A stretch of 64,000 bases of DNA, from NCBI GenBank assembly GCA_900317295.1, contig ONGB01000003.1, positions 12,245 through 76,244 of the forward strand, read 5' to 3'. Source of the stretch: an uncultured Erysipelotrichaceae bacterium. GTDB taxonomy: Bacteria > Bacillota_I > Bacilli_A > RFN20 > CAG-826. The translations under genes and the position numbers were made by a program. The notes under the pieces were generated by a model. That model saw nothing but the letters and a program-made list of their open reading frames with translations. It searched no databases and was not told where the DNA came from. Positions 50,268 through 58,149 of the stretch are shown here, piece after piece. Numbering within the stretch: the first letter of the stretch is position 1; each line of letters begins with the position of its first letter.

Positions 50268-51080
50268 TTAAGGACGGATTTTGTCGATGAGCCCGAAGTG
50301 GAGGCAGGCGGAAGCCCAGCCATCTTCATCAATGTCGGGCGCGGTATACTCCGCGACCTTCTTGGCTTTGGGAGATCCGGCGCCCATGCAGGCAGAATGG
50401 CCGCAGTAGAGCATCATCTCCACATCGTTTTCCCCGTCCCCCAAGCACGCGGCTTCTTCGGGGGAGTAACCGTAATATTCCAAGACGGATTGGATGCCTT
50501 TGGATTTGTCGGAATCGTTGAGCATGATATCGACCGCGTATTCATCCCACCTGGCGGATTTGCAGCCCTGCAAGTGGGGGAGGAAGAGCGATTCGTCGAA
50601 GGCATCGCAGAAGGCGATCATCTGATAGACCACGCGGTCATAATGATCAGGGAAGGTGCGCGGTTGGGGGAAGCGGGTGCCGTATTTCTCGTGGGCGGAG
50701 ATGACGCGCTCATCGATCATGTTGATGTGGCCTTCGCTTTCTTCGATTAGGGTAAGTCCGAAACGGAGCCGCTTCGCGAAGGTGATCATCTTATCGACGA
50801 CTTCGCTGGGAATCGGGTATTTGTAGATGATGTTCCCGTCGATGATGGCGTTGCTGCCATTCATCGTCACAAGGCCATCGGGGGTGACGTAGCTAAGGAT
50901 CCCCGATTTGCGGATTAGGTAATAATTCCTGCCGGAGCAAAGGAACACCTTGATGCCTTTCCGCTGCATGTCCTCAAAAGCGTGGATCGCGGAGCGGGGC
51001 ACTTGATGCGTGACGTGGGAAAAAAGCGTGCCGTCGATATCGGTGAACACGATTTTGATGTCTTTCTTCCCGTTTTTCAT
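50268..51080 (-). CDS. Cof-type HAD-IIB hydrolase
   Basis: DIDGTL, CSGR, K..G and GDGEND.EM motifs. Confidence 0.92.
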   Translation of the reverse strand: MKNGKKDIKIVFTDIDGTLFSHVTHQVPRSAIHAFEDMQRKGIKVFLCSGRNYYLIRKSGILSYVTPDGLVTMNGSNAIIDGNIIYKYPIPSEVVDKMITFAKRLRFGLTLIEESEGHINMIDERVISAHEKYGTRFPQPRTFPDHYDRVVYQMIAFCDAFDESLFLPHLQGCKSARWDEYAVDIMLNDSDKSKGIQSVLEYYGYSPEEAACLGDGENDVEMMLYCGHSACMGAGSPKAKKVAEYTAPDIDEDGWASACLHFGLIDKIRP

Positions 51081-51156
51081 AAATCTTTTTCGCTTAAAAC
51101 AGGCTTATTGACCACAAGAACGCGCCAAGGGTGTAAACTTGTTTGGCGAGTATTTT

Positions 51157-51495
51157 ATGCTTTACGACGCGTTTGACAAGTACCAACCCTTCGTGGATGA
51201 GCGCAATAAGCTCGTGCATGCCTATAAAGATGAAGAAGGCAATACCTTTTACGTCGAGCCTGGATTCTATGAAGGATTGATGGGCTTCAAGGAAAAGCGC
51301 GCGGACGATTTCCCCCGCATTATGGAGGCGATCGACCAGGTGATCAAAAAAGAAAAGAAGGTCATCTTCACCGCGGATTTCGAAAATCCATGGATCACGA
51401 GAGACGGCTTCATCTACCGCGAGATATCCGACATCACCGATCCCCTGCTGATCTTTGTGGAGGACAAATCCCGCGGATCGGATTACGGAGACTAA
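51157..51495 (+). CDS. Hypothetical protein
   Basis: Clean ORF with host-like codon usage followed by a terminator (51496-51519); no recognised motif. Confidence 0.7.
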   Translation: MLYDAFDKYQPFVDERNKLVHAYKDEEGNTFYVEPGFYEGLMGFKEKRADDFPRIMEAIDQVIKKEKKVIFTADFENPWITRDGFIYREISDITDPLLIFVEDKSRGSDYGD

Positions 51496-51522
51496 AAAGC
51501 ACGGCGGACCGTGCTTTTTGTT

Positions 51523-52725
51523 TTACTTGGCCGGCGCTTGTGTGCTTAGCGATTTCATCGACAGCCACATGATGCGGATGCCGTAGAGGAAGACGAAGGC
51601 GAACAAGGCGAACTGCGGCAACAAGAAGCCGACGCCGAGGGCGAGGATGCCAGGAGCCAAGGCCGCATAGAAGGCGATCTTCCAGCAATCCCAGATCGTG
51701 AAGATGCGGTAGGGGTTGCGCTTGCCGCGGGTCAATAAGAACAGGATGAGACCGAAGAGAAGTTCCACGCCGGCGAAGATCCCGGCGGCGATGCCGGTGT
51801 AGGCCCAAGCGGTGGAGATGCGGGTTTGATCGGTCGAGCGGTTGATGATCGACTTGTATTTCTTGACGACGGCGGTCTTCAATTCGTCACCGGTGAGGTG
51901 GGCGCCGCCTTCCCCGGTCGCGGAATCATAGATGTCCTTGAAGTCCGTGCCTTTGAGGGCGGAGTAGGAGCCTGCGGGAGCGGAGTAGGAGAGCGCCCCG
52001 TTGGCTTTATAACGGATGAAGTAGATGTGGGAATCGCCGAAGGCCAACGCGTTGATACCTTCGATATCGGAACTATATTGGTCGACGAAGTTCGGGTTGT
52101 TCCCTTTGGTGATGGATTTCACGAAAGCCGCGTCGGAGAATTCCTTGTAATCCCCGGTTCCATCGGCTTTGTAATGCTCTTTGACGAAGACGTTGAAGAT
52201 CGGAGCGCCGGCGGAGGTGGATTGATCGCAATACCACGGATAATCCTCGGCGGAACCGAGGAAGTCGGCCCAGGCCTGGACGTTTTGCTTGGCGCGCGCT
52301 TCTTCCGTGGTGGTTTCCGCGTTATAGGTGGCGGTGGTGATTTCGAGCTTGCCCTCATCGTTGATGAGGATGGTGCATCCCTTCTCGCTTAGGGCTTTGG
52401 AGAAATTGACCAAGCCCTGGTCATAGGAGAAGGTGGGGGCCTTAAGCAACCCCGACCCGTAGTTGACATTAAGACGGGTGACGAGGTTCGGGACCGCGGA
52501 GGTGACGACGCCGGTGAGGGCGAAGCCAACCGCGAGGAAAACGAATCCGAGCCCGCGGAATTCGCGTCCCGCCTTGATGCAGGCGTCATTATTGACGAGG
52601 GTCAGGAAACTGGTTTTGATCCGGTCTTTGGCCTCGGGGCTAAGGGGTTTCTTTTCCTTCTTCGGCCCGTTATTGACCGGAGTGGCCCTGACGGTTCTGT
52701 TGTTCTTCTTCTTTTTCTTCGACAT
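51523..52725 (-). CDS. Hypothetical membrane protein (one N-terminal TM, large outer domain, three C-terminal TMs)
   Basis: Long ORF with strong host codon bias; topology reminiscent of DUF1189-type proteins (unverified). Confidence 0.7.
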   Translation of the reverse strand: MSKKKKKNNRTVRATPVNNGPKKEKKPLSPEAKDRIKTSFLTLVNNDACIKAGREFRGLGFVFLAVGFALTGVVTSAVPNLVTRLNVNYGSGLLKAPTFSYDQGLVNFSKALSEKGCTILINDEGKLEITTATYNAETTTEEARAKQNVQAWADFLGSAEDYPWYCDQSTSAGAPIFNVFVKEHYKADGTGDYKEFSDAAFVKSITKGNNPNFVDQYSSDIEGINALAFGDSHIYFIRYKANGALSYSAPAGSYSALKGTDFKDIYDSATGEGGAHLTGDELKTAVVKKYKSIINRSTDQTRISTAWAYTGIAAGIFAGVELLFGLILFLLTRGKRNPYRIFTIWDCWKIAFYAALAPGILALGVGFLLPQFALFAFVFLYGIRIMWLSMKSLSTQAPAK

Positions 52726-52817
52726 CTTCTCTAGCCTTTTGCTAAAAGCAAAGTAAAAGATACACGCAACCGGGATAATTTGCCACATAAAAAGAAATGA
52801 GGTTTATAATCCCCTTC

Positions 52818-53330
52818 ATGCGAGACAAAAGAAGCGACTATAACCGCCACGGCTGGTCTTGCTATGTCGCCGGGGGCCTTTTGCTTTCTTCCGCGGTCTT
52901 TTTCTTCTTCCCGTTCGTCGGGTCTTTCCTCGAAGGCGGGAAGTTCGTTTCTTTCCCCGTGAATGCTTTGATTTTCGGCGGAGAAGCGACTTACGAAAAC
53001 CTCGGATACACGACCTCTTTTTCCTTCTCGGAGAACTATTGGCTTTTTGCCTTTGCGATCTGCTTGGTCTTGGGGGCGCTAGGGGCTTTCCTAAGCCGGA
53101 ACGCCACAAGGGAGCTGACCATCTCGCTTTTCCTATCTTCGATTGGATTCATCGGTATCGCGATGGCTTTGCTGATCCTGCATTGGGTCAACCCCGGTCT
53201 TCCTTTGATGTCTTTGCGTTTCGGTTGGGCGTTCTTCGTTTGGGATAGTCTTGCCGGCGCTGCGTTAATTATCCTTTTGGTTTCGATCATCCGTTCCCGC
53301 CTCTACTGGCGGAATCGGAGCGTGAAATAA
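52818..53330 (+). CDS. Hypothetical four-TM membrane protein
   Basis: Hydrophobic ORF; TATAAT 7 nt before ATG. Confidence 0.6.
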   Translation: MRDKRSDYNRHGWSCYVAGGLLLSSAVFFFFPFVGSFLEGGKFVSFPVNALIFGGEATYENLGYTTSFSFSENYWLFAFAICLVLGALGAFLSRNATRELTISLFLSSIGFIGIAMALLILHWVNPGLPLMSLRFGWAFFVWDSLAGAALIILLVSIIRSRLYWRNRSVK

Positions 53331-53419
53331 TAGGGTTTTCGCTTATTTTCCATCTTCCTTTGTCTAGCGGAGGCGGTATAATGCTCCTCGCCTTTAAGGC
53401 AGTTGTTCTTTGATAACGT

Positions 53420-53820
53420 GGGGACGTACTGGTTTTGATTCGGAAGGTCGGTCATCGACTGCAGTGGTCTGGTAGACCCTAAGACCGAAAAACAATAACT
53501 GACAACTCTGTCAAACCCTGGATGGTGCGTAACAACGCCGTCCTCGCTCGCGCCTAATTAGAGCACCCCTCGATGGGTTCCCGCCAAGCGGGACGAGCAC
53601 GTCCGCCCCTCATTTCTCGCCTATTGAGGGAGCGGGCGCAACACCAAGGCGATAAGCGCGTAGCGTTGGCTAGCGCGTAACGTCGAAAACCTTACCAGCC
53701 ATGGGTCATGCGCTTTGGGGCGTATCTTCAACCATGACCCGAGACTTGAAACGCCATAAACTGTAGGCGTCGATGGTTAGTCTTCCGAAGACCGGAGTTC
53801 GACTCTCCGCGTCTCCACCA
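53420..53820 (+). ncRNA. ssrA: tmRNA
   Basis: 5' GGGGACG pairs with 3' CGTCTCC-ACCA including the G3-U Ala determinant; T-arm GGAG-TTCGACT-CTCC; resume context ATAACT-GAC; tag ORF 53501-53557 (A)DNSVKPWMVRNNAVLARA*; TATAAT at 53377. Confidence 0.96.
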
Positions 53821-53830
53821 CGTTGAATCA

Positions 53831-53862
53831 AAAAGCCGAGCACTTGATTGTGTTCGGCTTTT
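53831..53862. terminator. Bidirectional terminator after ssrA
   Basis: AAAAGCCGAGCAC-TTGATT-GTGTTCGGCTTTT. Confidence 0.85.
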
Positions 53863-53875
53863 GCTTTCTGATCCT

Positions 53876-54064
53876 TTAATCGGCCAGCCTGAATTCATTC
53901 ACTTGAAGGGTGAAGACATCTATTGTCTTGCCATTTGAATCAAAGAGCTCAACTTCATAAAGCTCGCCCGGACGCCAGATTTCAACGACTGCGCCCTGGG
54001 TGCCCTTTTTAACCGACCCTTTGTCAACGGTTGTAACAACCGAATCAAACAGTTTAATTTCCAT
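53876..54064 (-). CDS. DUF4926-like small protein (putative immunity/antitoxin)
   Basis: D.V....KKGTQGAVVE.....YEVE.FD..G.T pattern; GGAG RBS; directly follows the DUF6883-like gene. Confidence 0.75.
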   Translation of the reverse strand: MEIKLFDSVVTTVDKGSVKKGTQGAVVEIWRPGELYEVELFDSNGKTIDVFTLQVNEFRLAD

Positions 54065-54075
54065 AAAAACTCCTT

Positions 54076-54576
54076 TTACTTGATGTAGTTGGTAATCATT
54101 CGAGGTTCTTTTGAAGTTTTTTCAATGCCATAGACGGCGACTACCGTTGCGGTTCTTCCGTTTGCCCCGGTTACTTCTATTCCATATGCGTATTTTATTA
54201 CACCGAATTTGTTTTCGTGTATTTTCAATAGACTCGCTGTTCCAGAAATAATCGCGACATGAATCTGGTTTTTCAAAGAAAGGTAGTTTTCCTTTGTATA
54301 CCCTAGCAGTTTTTCGTACAAAACCGCTTTGTCCCTCCCATTTGGGTTATTAAAATCAAGCGAATACTTTAGAAACTTTTCGTCAGGAGTAATTGCCTTC
54401 TTATAATTGGGCATTATTCGACTGGTTGATCCTTCCTTGGGATAGGTTTTAACATCGCTAATTTGCGAATGGCCCTTTTTGTAATTAGATGAAGCGTCTT
54501 TTTCACCACCTCCATATCTTCCGTTTGACGAATCATAGGGCTGGAGCTGATGCCCTCCGCCGATTTTCACTGGCAT
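54076..54576 (-). CDS. DUF6883-like protein (putative toxin domain) with N-terminal extension
   Basis: MPN...AI...EKF.KY.L....GRDKA.....LGY..EN and FG..Y....TG.NGR.......PRMIT.Y pattern; AGGAGG RBS. Confidence 0.7.
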   Translation of the reverse strand: MPVKIGGGHQLQPYDSSNGRYGGGEKDASSNYKKGHSQISDVKTYPKEGSTSRIMPNYKKAITPDEKFLKYSLDFNNPNGRDKAVLYEKLLGYTKENYLSLKNQIHVAIISGTASLLKIHENKFGVIKYAYGIEVTGANGRTATVVAVYGIEKTSKEPRMITNYIK

Positions 54577-54664
54577 AAAGAAGCCTCCTTTTTATAGCCA
54601 ATAATCTAGAAGGAGATTGGTTGAGTTGACAATCTATGGGAAGTTGATGAAAAATTGATGTGAA

Positions 54665-55837
54665 ATGGACGAAAAAACAGAAAATCATAAATTCAACATC
54701 GGAGCTTTTTTGAAAGTGCTGTTTCAGTACCTATCAGACAAATACACAAAAGCTACCGCCACGAACGAGCTGTTTGACCCGTTTTTTAAATACATCGACA
54801 GCTCCTACGATTTTGATAAGGCCATCGTCAGCAAACTCGCTTCGCACAAAATCAATATTCCACAAAAGGTTATCAAGGCGGTTTTGAAATTCGGTAATGC
54901 GAGCAAAAAGGAGTTCGAACGCGCGATTCAAGACATCACTGATGAAAAGTTTTTTCTTTTTCTGGAAGGCTTAGCGGAAGAAATCGAAACACACAAGACC
55001 GAAAGCGCCAAAGAGCTCTCGAGGGTTTTGGATTTTTATAAAGGAAGCGAGGTGAGCGATTTTCTAAATGCGGCGTTTGTTTATGCTGTCCTTTCTCCCA
55101 ACGCGCCAAGCGAGAAAAAACAAAAAACGGGAAGACCAAAAGGAGGCACACACGAATACATTTTTTATCTCTCTCAGACAGAAAAAGAGGAACAGGCCAA
55201 GGTCTTAAAAAACAAAATCCTCAAAAGCGTAAAAAAGTTGACGCTCGACGATCTTCGCGACATTTTGGCTTTAATGACATATACAACGGTTTGTTTTTCA
55301 AAAGAAGAAAAAGTGAAAGCCTCCCTAAGATTTCTTCAAGGATGGAAAGTCCTTTATGGTTTGACCCCGACCCAAGAGCTGTTACAAACAATAAAGGACA
55401 TAGGTAGGTTCAGCGAACCGGATGTTCGTGAAATATTCGTGGGATGGGAGGAAGCGGTTTATGAGGCCAATGATACGAAAAAGGCCAACCATCTAAAAAA
55501 CCTTTTTACCCGAGCAAAAAGAATGAATAGTTTTGCCAACATATCCAAATACGCAGACAGTTTGGTTGATGAAGAAGACTTAGGAAAATCCGGTGCGTTC
55601 TCTGCTTCTTTAGTGAGAAACAAATTCTTTCTCCCAAACTTTTTGGATCATTTGACTAGTTCGTTATGGAGTTATTGTTGCTCGGTGGCTAGGCTGGCGC
55701 ACAAAGCGGGAGTCCAAAAGGATTTTGAGAAAAAGCTTGACGATATGATGGCGGTGACTCCTAAAAACAAAACAACAACCGAGCGGATTGAATACCTCAG
55801 GGAGCTAGCAACACAAGAGATTTCGCGACATTTCTGA
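54665..55837 (+). CDS. 390-aa hypothetical protein with a central AT-hook-like KTGRPKG motif
   Basis: Long AT-rich ORF with atypical codon usage; predicted mostly helical; no family recognised. Confidence 0.75.
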   Translation: MDEKTENHKFNIGAFLKVLFQYLSDKYTKATATNELFDPFFKYIDSSYDFDKAIVSKLASHKINIPQKVIKAVLKFGNASKKEFERAIQDITDEKFFLFLEGLAEEIETHKTESAKELSRVLDFYKGSEVSDFLNAAFVYAVLSPNAPSEKKQKTGRPKGGTHEYIFYLSQTEKEEQAKVLKNKILKSVKKLTLDDLRDILALMTYTTVCFSKEEKVKASLRFLQGWKVLYGLTPTQELLQTIKDIGRFSEPDVREIFVGWEEAVYEANDTKKANHLKNLFTRAKRMNSFANISKYADSLVDEEDLGKSGAFSASLVRNKFFLPNFLDHLTSSLWSYCCSVARLAHKAGVQKDFEKKLDDMMAVTPKNKTTTERIEYLRELATQEISRHF

Positions 55838-56069
55838 CCCGCCAATTAAGAAATGTGCAACGACCAACTTGCAATAAAAGTCCAATCTTTTTTCGCAAGG
55901 ATATTGAAAACAAAAACCTTTAAAAAATAAAAAAGAAATTTTTTGAAAATATTTATCGCGCGTGTTTCCTATATATAAAAAGATTAAAGGTGATTTTTAA
56001 GAAAAAAGTTCGATGATTCCTAAGTTTTTGCACATTTTGAAAATTTTTAAAAAAATGTGGAAAAAAGTG

Positions 56070-56097
56070 TTGACATGCGTTTCGAGAGGCGTATAGT
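56070..56097 (+). promoter_or_regulatory. Strong sigma-A promoter with AT-rich upstream element
   Basis: TTGACA-16 bp-TATAGT preceded by ~200 bp of A/T tracts, resembling stable-RNA promoters. Confidence 0.8.
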
Positions 56098-56102
56098 AAT
56101 GT

Positions 56103-57532
56103 GTTCCGCGGGGAACGCTGAGCTTCGGCTCTGCGAAACCGCGAAACCTCAGATCTTGGTTCTACAAGTTCTGTGAAGGGAATGCACGATGCCCCCAGGG
56201 CTCCTTGCCTCAAAGGTCGGCTGCCTCGAAAGAGACAAAGGCGATGCGGAATCTTGACCCCGCACCTCTACGGAGCGCTTCTCCGTTCGGTAAACCGATA
56301 AAACGAAGGTGGACGGTTAAACCTCTTGGCTACGGCCTTCTGGTGGACCCGCTCACAAAGGGCTCCTCTTCTTGGGTTGAGGAAAGCCACCGCCGAAGCG
56401 CTACCCTGGCGGCCAGTGAACTGGTGAGAAAGGGCGCTGCGAGAAAGCTTGAAAAAGCCAACCTCGCGATCTGGAGACAACGGACTTCGCCGAATCTCCA
56501 AGCGGAATTCATCCCTCCGCCTCGTGCACGAGAAAAAGCGATGATGCCCCGCGTAAACGCTTGCCAAAGCGGTAGCAACGGGCGAAGGGCAACCCTCGGA
56601 AGGAATCCTGCCTTCCCCAGTAAACTGGGAAAACCAAGGGTGACGGGCCAAACCGGACCATCAATCCCGGTCAACCGTCTAAGCCAGAGGAAGCGATTCC
56701 TCTCCGTGGAACACCCCATCCACCCGATAATCATCGCGAAACATGGGACCCAGCAAGGACCTAACCCCGCAAGGGAACGGACGACCTGGTCAACGGGCTG
56801 CATCGAAAGATGATGTCCGCGGCGCTTCTGCCCCGCCGCCAAGTAGAACTTGGATAAAGTCTCAGGTGGATGAACCGCAAGGTTCGAAGAGGTGAAAAAC
56901 CTCCGGCCCCGAGAGAAGGCCCCGGTAAACCGATAACTTCCCTCTCCGACCGCATCATGGCATGGCCCAATCCGCCCTCTGCCGCGGAAGGTAGTCACCT
57001 ACATCAGGTGCGACGATAGCCTCGCCGTCAGTGAAACTGGAAATGAGGCTGCGAATCCGTCGGTTCCCTTCGGGGCTCAGGCTGATCCGTGAACTCCTAG
57101 GAATTCATAACTAGGATGGTGCCAAAAGAGGCTCGGCGCGCGGTAAACCGCTGGAAAAGCCTCGAACCCAGACGCAAGCCTGGGGGAGATCAGAGACGCA
57201 AGTCCCTGAAGGAAGTCGTTCCACCCTGCAATTCGTGAAGTCGGAACGTGGTAGAGATACCTGAGCGAACGAAGATGTACCTCAGGATCGACATCGAGAC
57301 CTACTAGGAGCGATCCGAAATAGGCCTAGGAAGATAAGAGTTCTTCTCAGCGGTACACCGCGAAATCAAAAACTTGTTCCTGAATGCCTTCCTTGATCAA
57401 GCAAGGTCCGCGGTAAGGATCGATCATCCTCGGATGAGTGGTTGGTTGGAATCTCCCACGAGGTAAACCTCGAATACGAAATATCCCGACGCAATTGGAG
57501 CTATACGAGTCGTTAAACAGGAAAGCCAAGCG
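56103..57532 (+). ncRNA. Candidate giant structured non-coding RNA (~1.43 kb; ends approximate)
   Basis: Bounded by promoter and terminator; no credible CDS; more than 20 short GC-rich hairpins capped by GNRA, UNCG and UAAA loops on the + strand. Confidence 0.8.
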
Positions 57533-57566
57533 ACACCACGCAGCGATGCGTGGCGTTTTCTTTTTT
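57533..57566 (+). terminator. Intrinsic terminator closing the ncRNA unit
   Basis: CCACGCA-GCGA-TGCGTGG followed by CGTTTTCTTTTTT; the U-tract is on the + strand. Confidence 0.85.
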
Positions 57567-57571
57567 AGGGC

Positions 57572-58093
57572 TTATTTGTCGATGTAGAACACCCGTCCGG
57601 GCTTTCTTTCTTTCGCCGGAGCGGGTTGGCCATAGCCTAAGGCGCAGTGGCCAATGCCTTCATAATCCCCTTCAATCCCGTGGGCTTTGAGCCAGGCCTT
57701 GCCTTCTTCGGAATCGAATTCCTCTTTCGCACGATGGATCCAAATCGATTGGACGCCTTCCGCTTGGGCGGCGTTCATGAGGTTGCCTAAAGCCAACGAG
57801 CCATCATAGATGTAGCAGAACGCGTCTTTCCTGGCCAAGACGATGACGATGACCGGGGCGCCATAGAAGGGGTCAATGTCTCCTCTTCCTAGGATGCCCG
57901 CGTTAAGCTTGCGCAGCCATTCCCTTTCTTTCTTATCGCGGACCACGACGAAGATCGGGCTTTGGGAGCCGACGCCGGTGGGGGCGTATAACCCCGCTTC
58001 GAGGATGCGGTCGAGTTTCTCTTGCTCCACCGTTTTCTCTGGATCGAAAGCGCGGCAGCTCCTCCGCGTGAGTAAGGCTTCTAATGCTTCCAT
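57572..58093 (-). CDS. Nitroreductase family protein
   Basis: TRRSCRAF, AG.YAPTG, FYGAP and NLMNAA...GV.S motifs. Confidence 0.92.
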   Translation of the reverse strand: MEALEALLTRRSCRAFDPEKTVEQEKLDRILEAGLYAPTGVGSQSPIFVVVRDKKEREWLRKLNAGILGRGDIDPFYGAPVIVIVLARKDAFCYIYDGSLALGNLMNAAQAEGVQSIWIHRAKEEFDSEEGKAWLKAHGIEGDYEGIGHCALGYGQPAPAKERKPGRVFYIDK

Positions 58094-58149
58094 GATGTTT
58101 TCTCCTATCTGCCTTATTTTAAGACGGCTTTCGTTCTATACTAAAGCCC

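Noticed and set aside
50200-50270. rlmH 3' end as an SCC-type integration site
   Set aside because: Followed directly by a terminator and a host-like HAD gene; no recombinase or repeat
56205-56998. ORFs 56205-56813 (+), 56330-56998 (-) and 56268-56651 (-) inside the candidate RNA
   Set aside because: No RBS, no host codon bias, Arg/Pro/Ser/Gly-rich translations with no motif; expected by chance in GC-rich structured sequence
56103-57532. Possibility that the unit is a 16S rRNA, RNase P RNA or group I/II intron
   Set aside because: Only short non-collinear look-alikes (CCGCGGTAA near 57408, GAGGAAAG near 56379); no anti-SD or helix 45, no RNase P 3' P4 strand, no recognisable group II domain V or interrupted host gene. 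A covariance-model search is still needed
53800-57570. Intact prophage or integrative element at ssrA
   Set aside because: No integrase, no structural genes, and no duplicated ssrA 3' end found downstream
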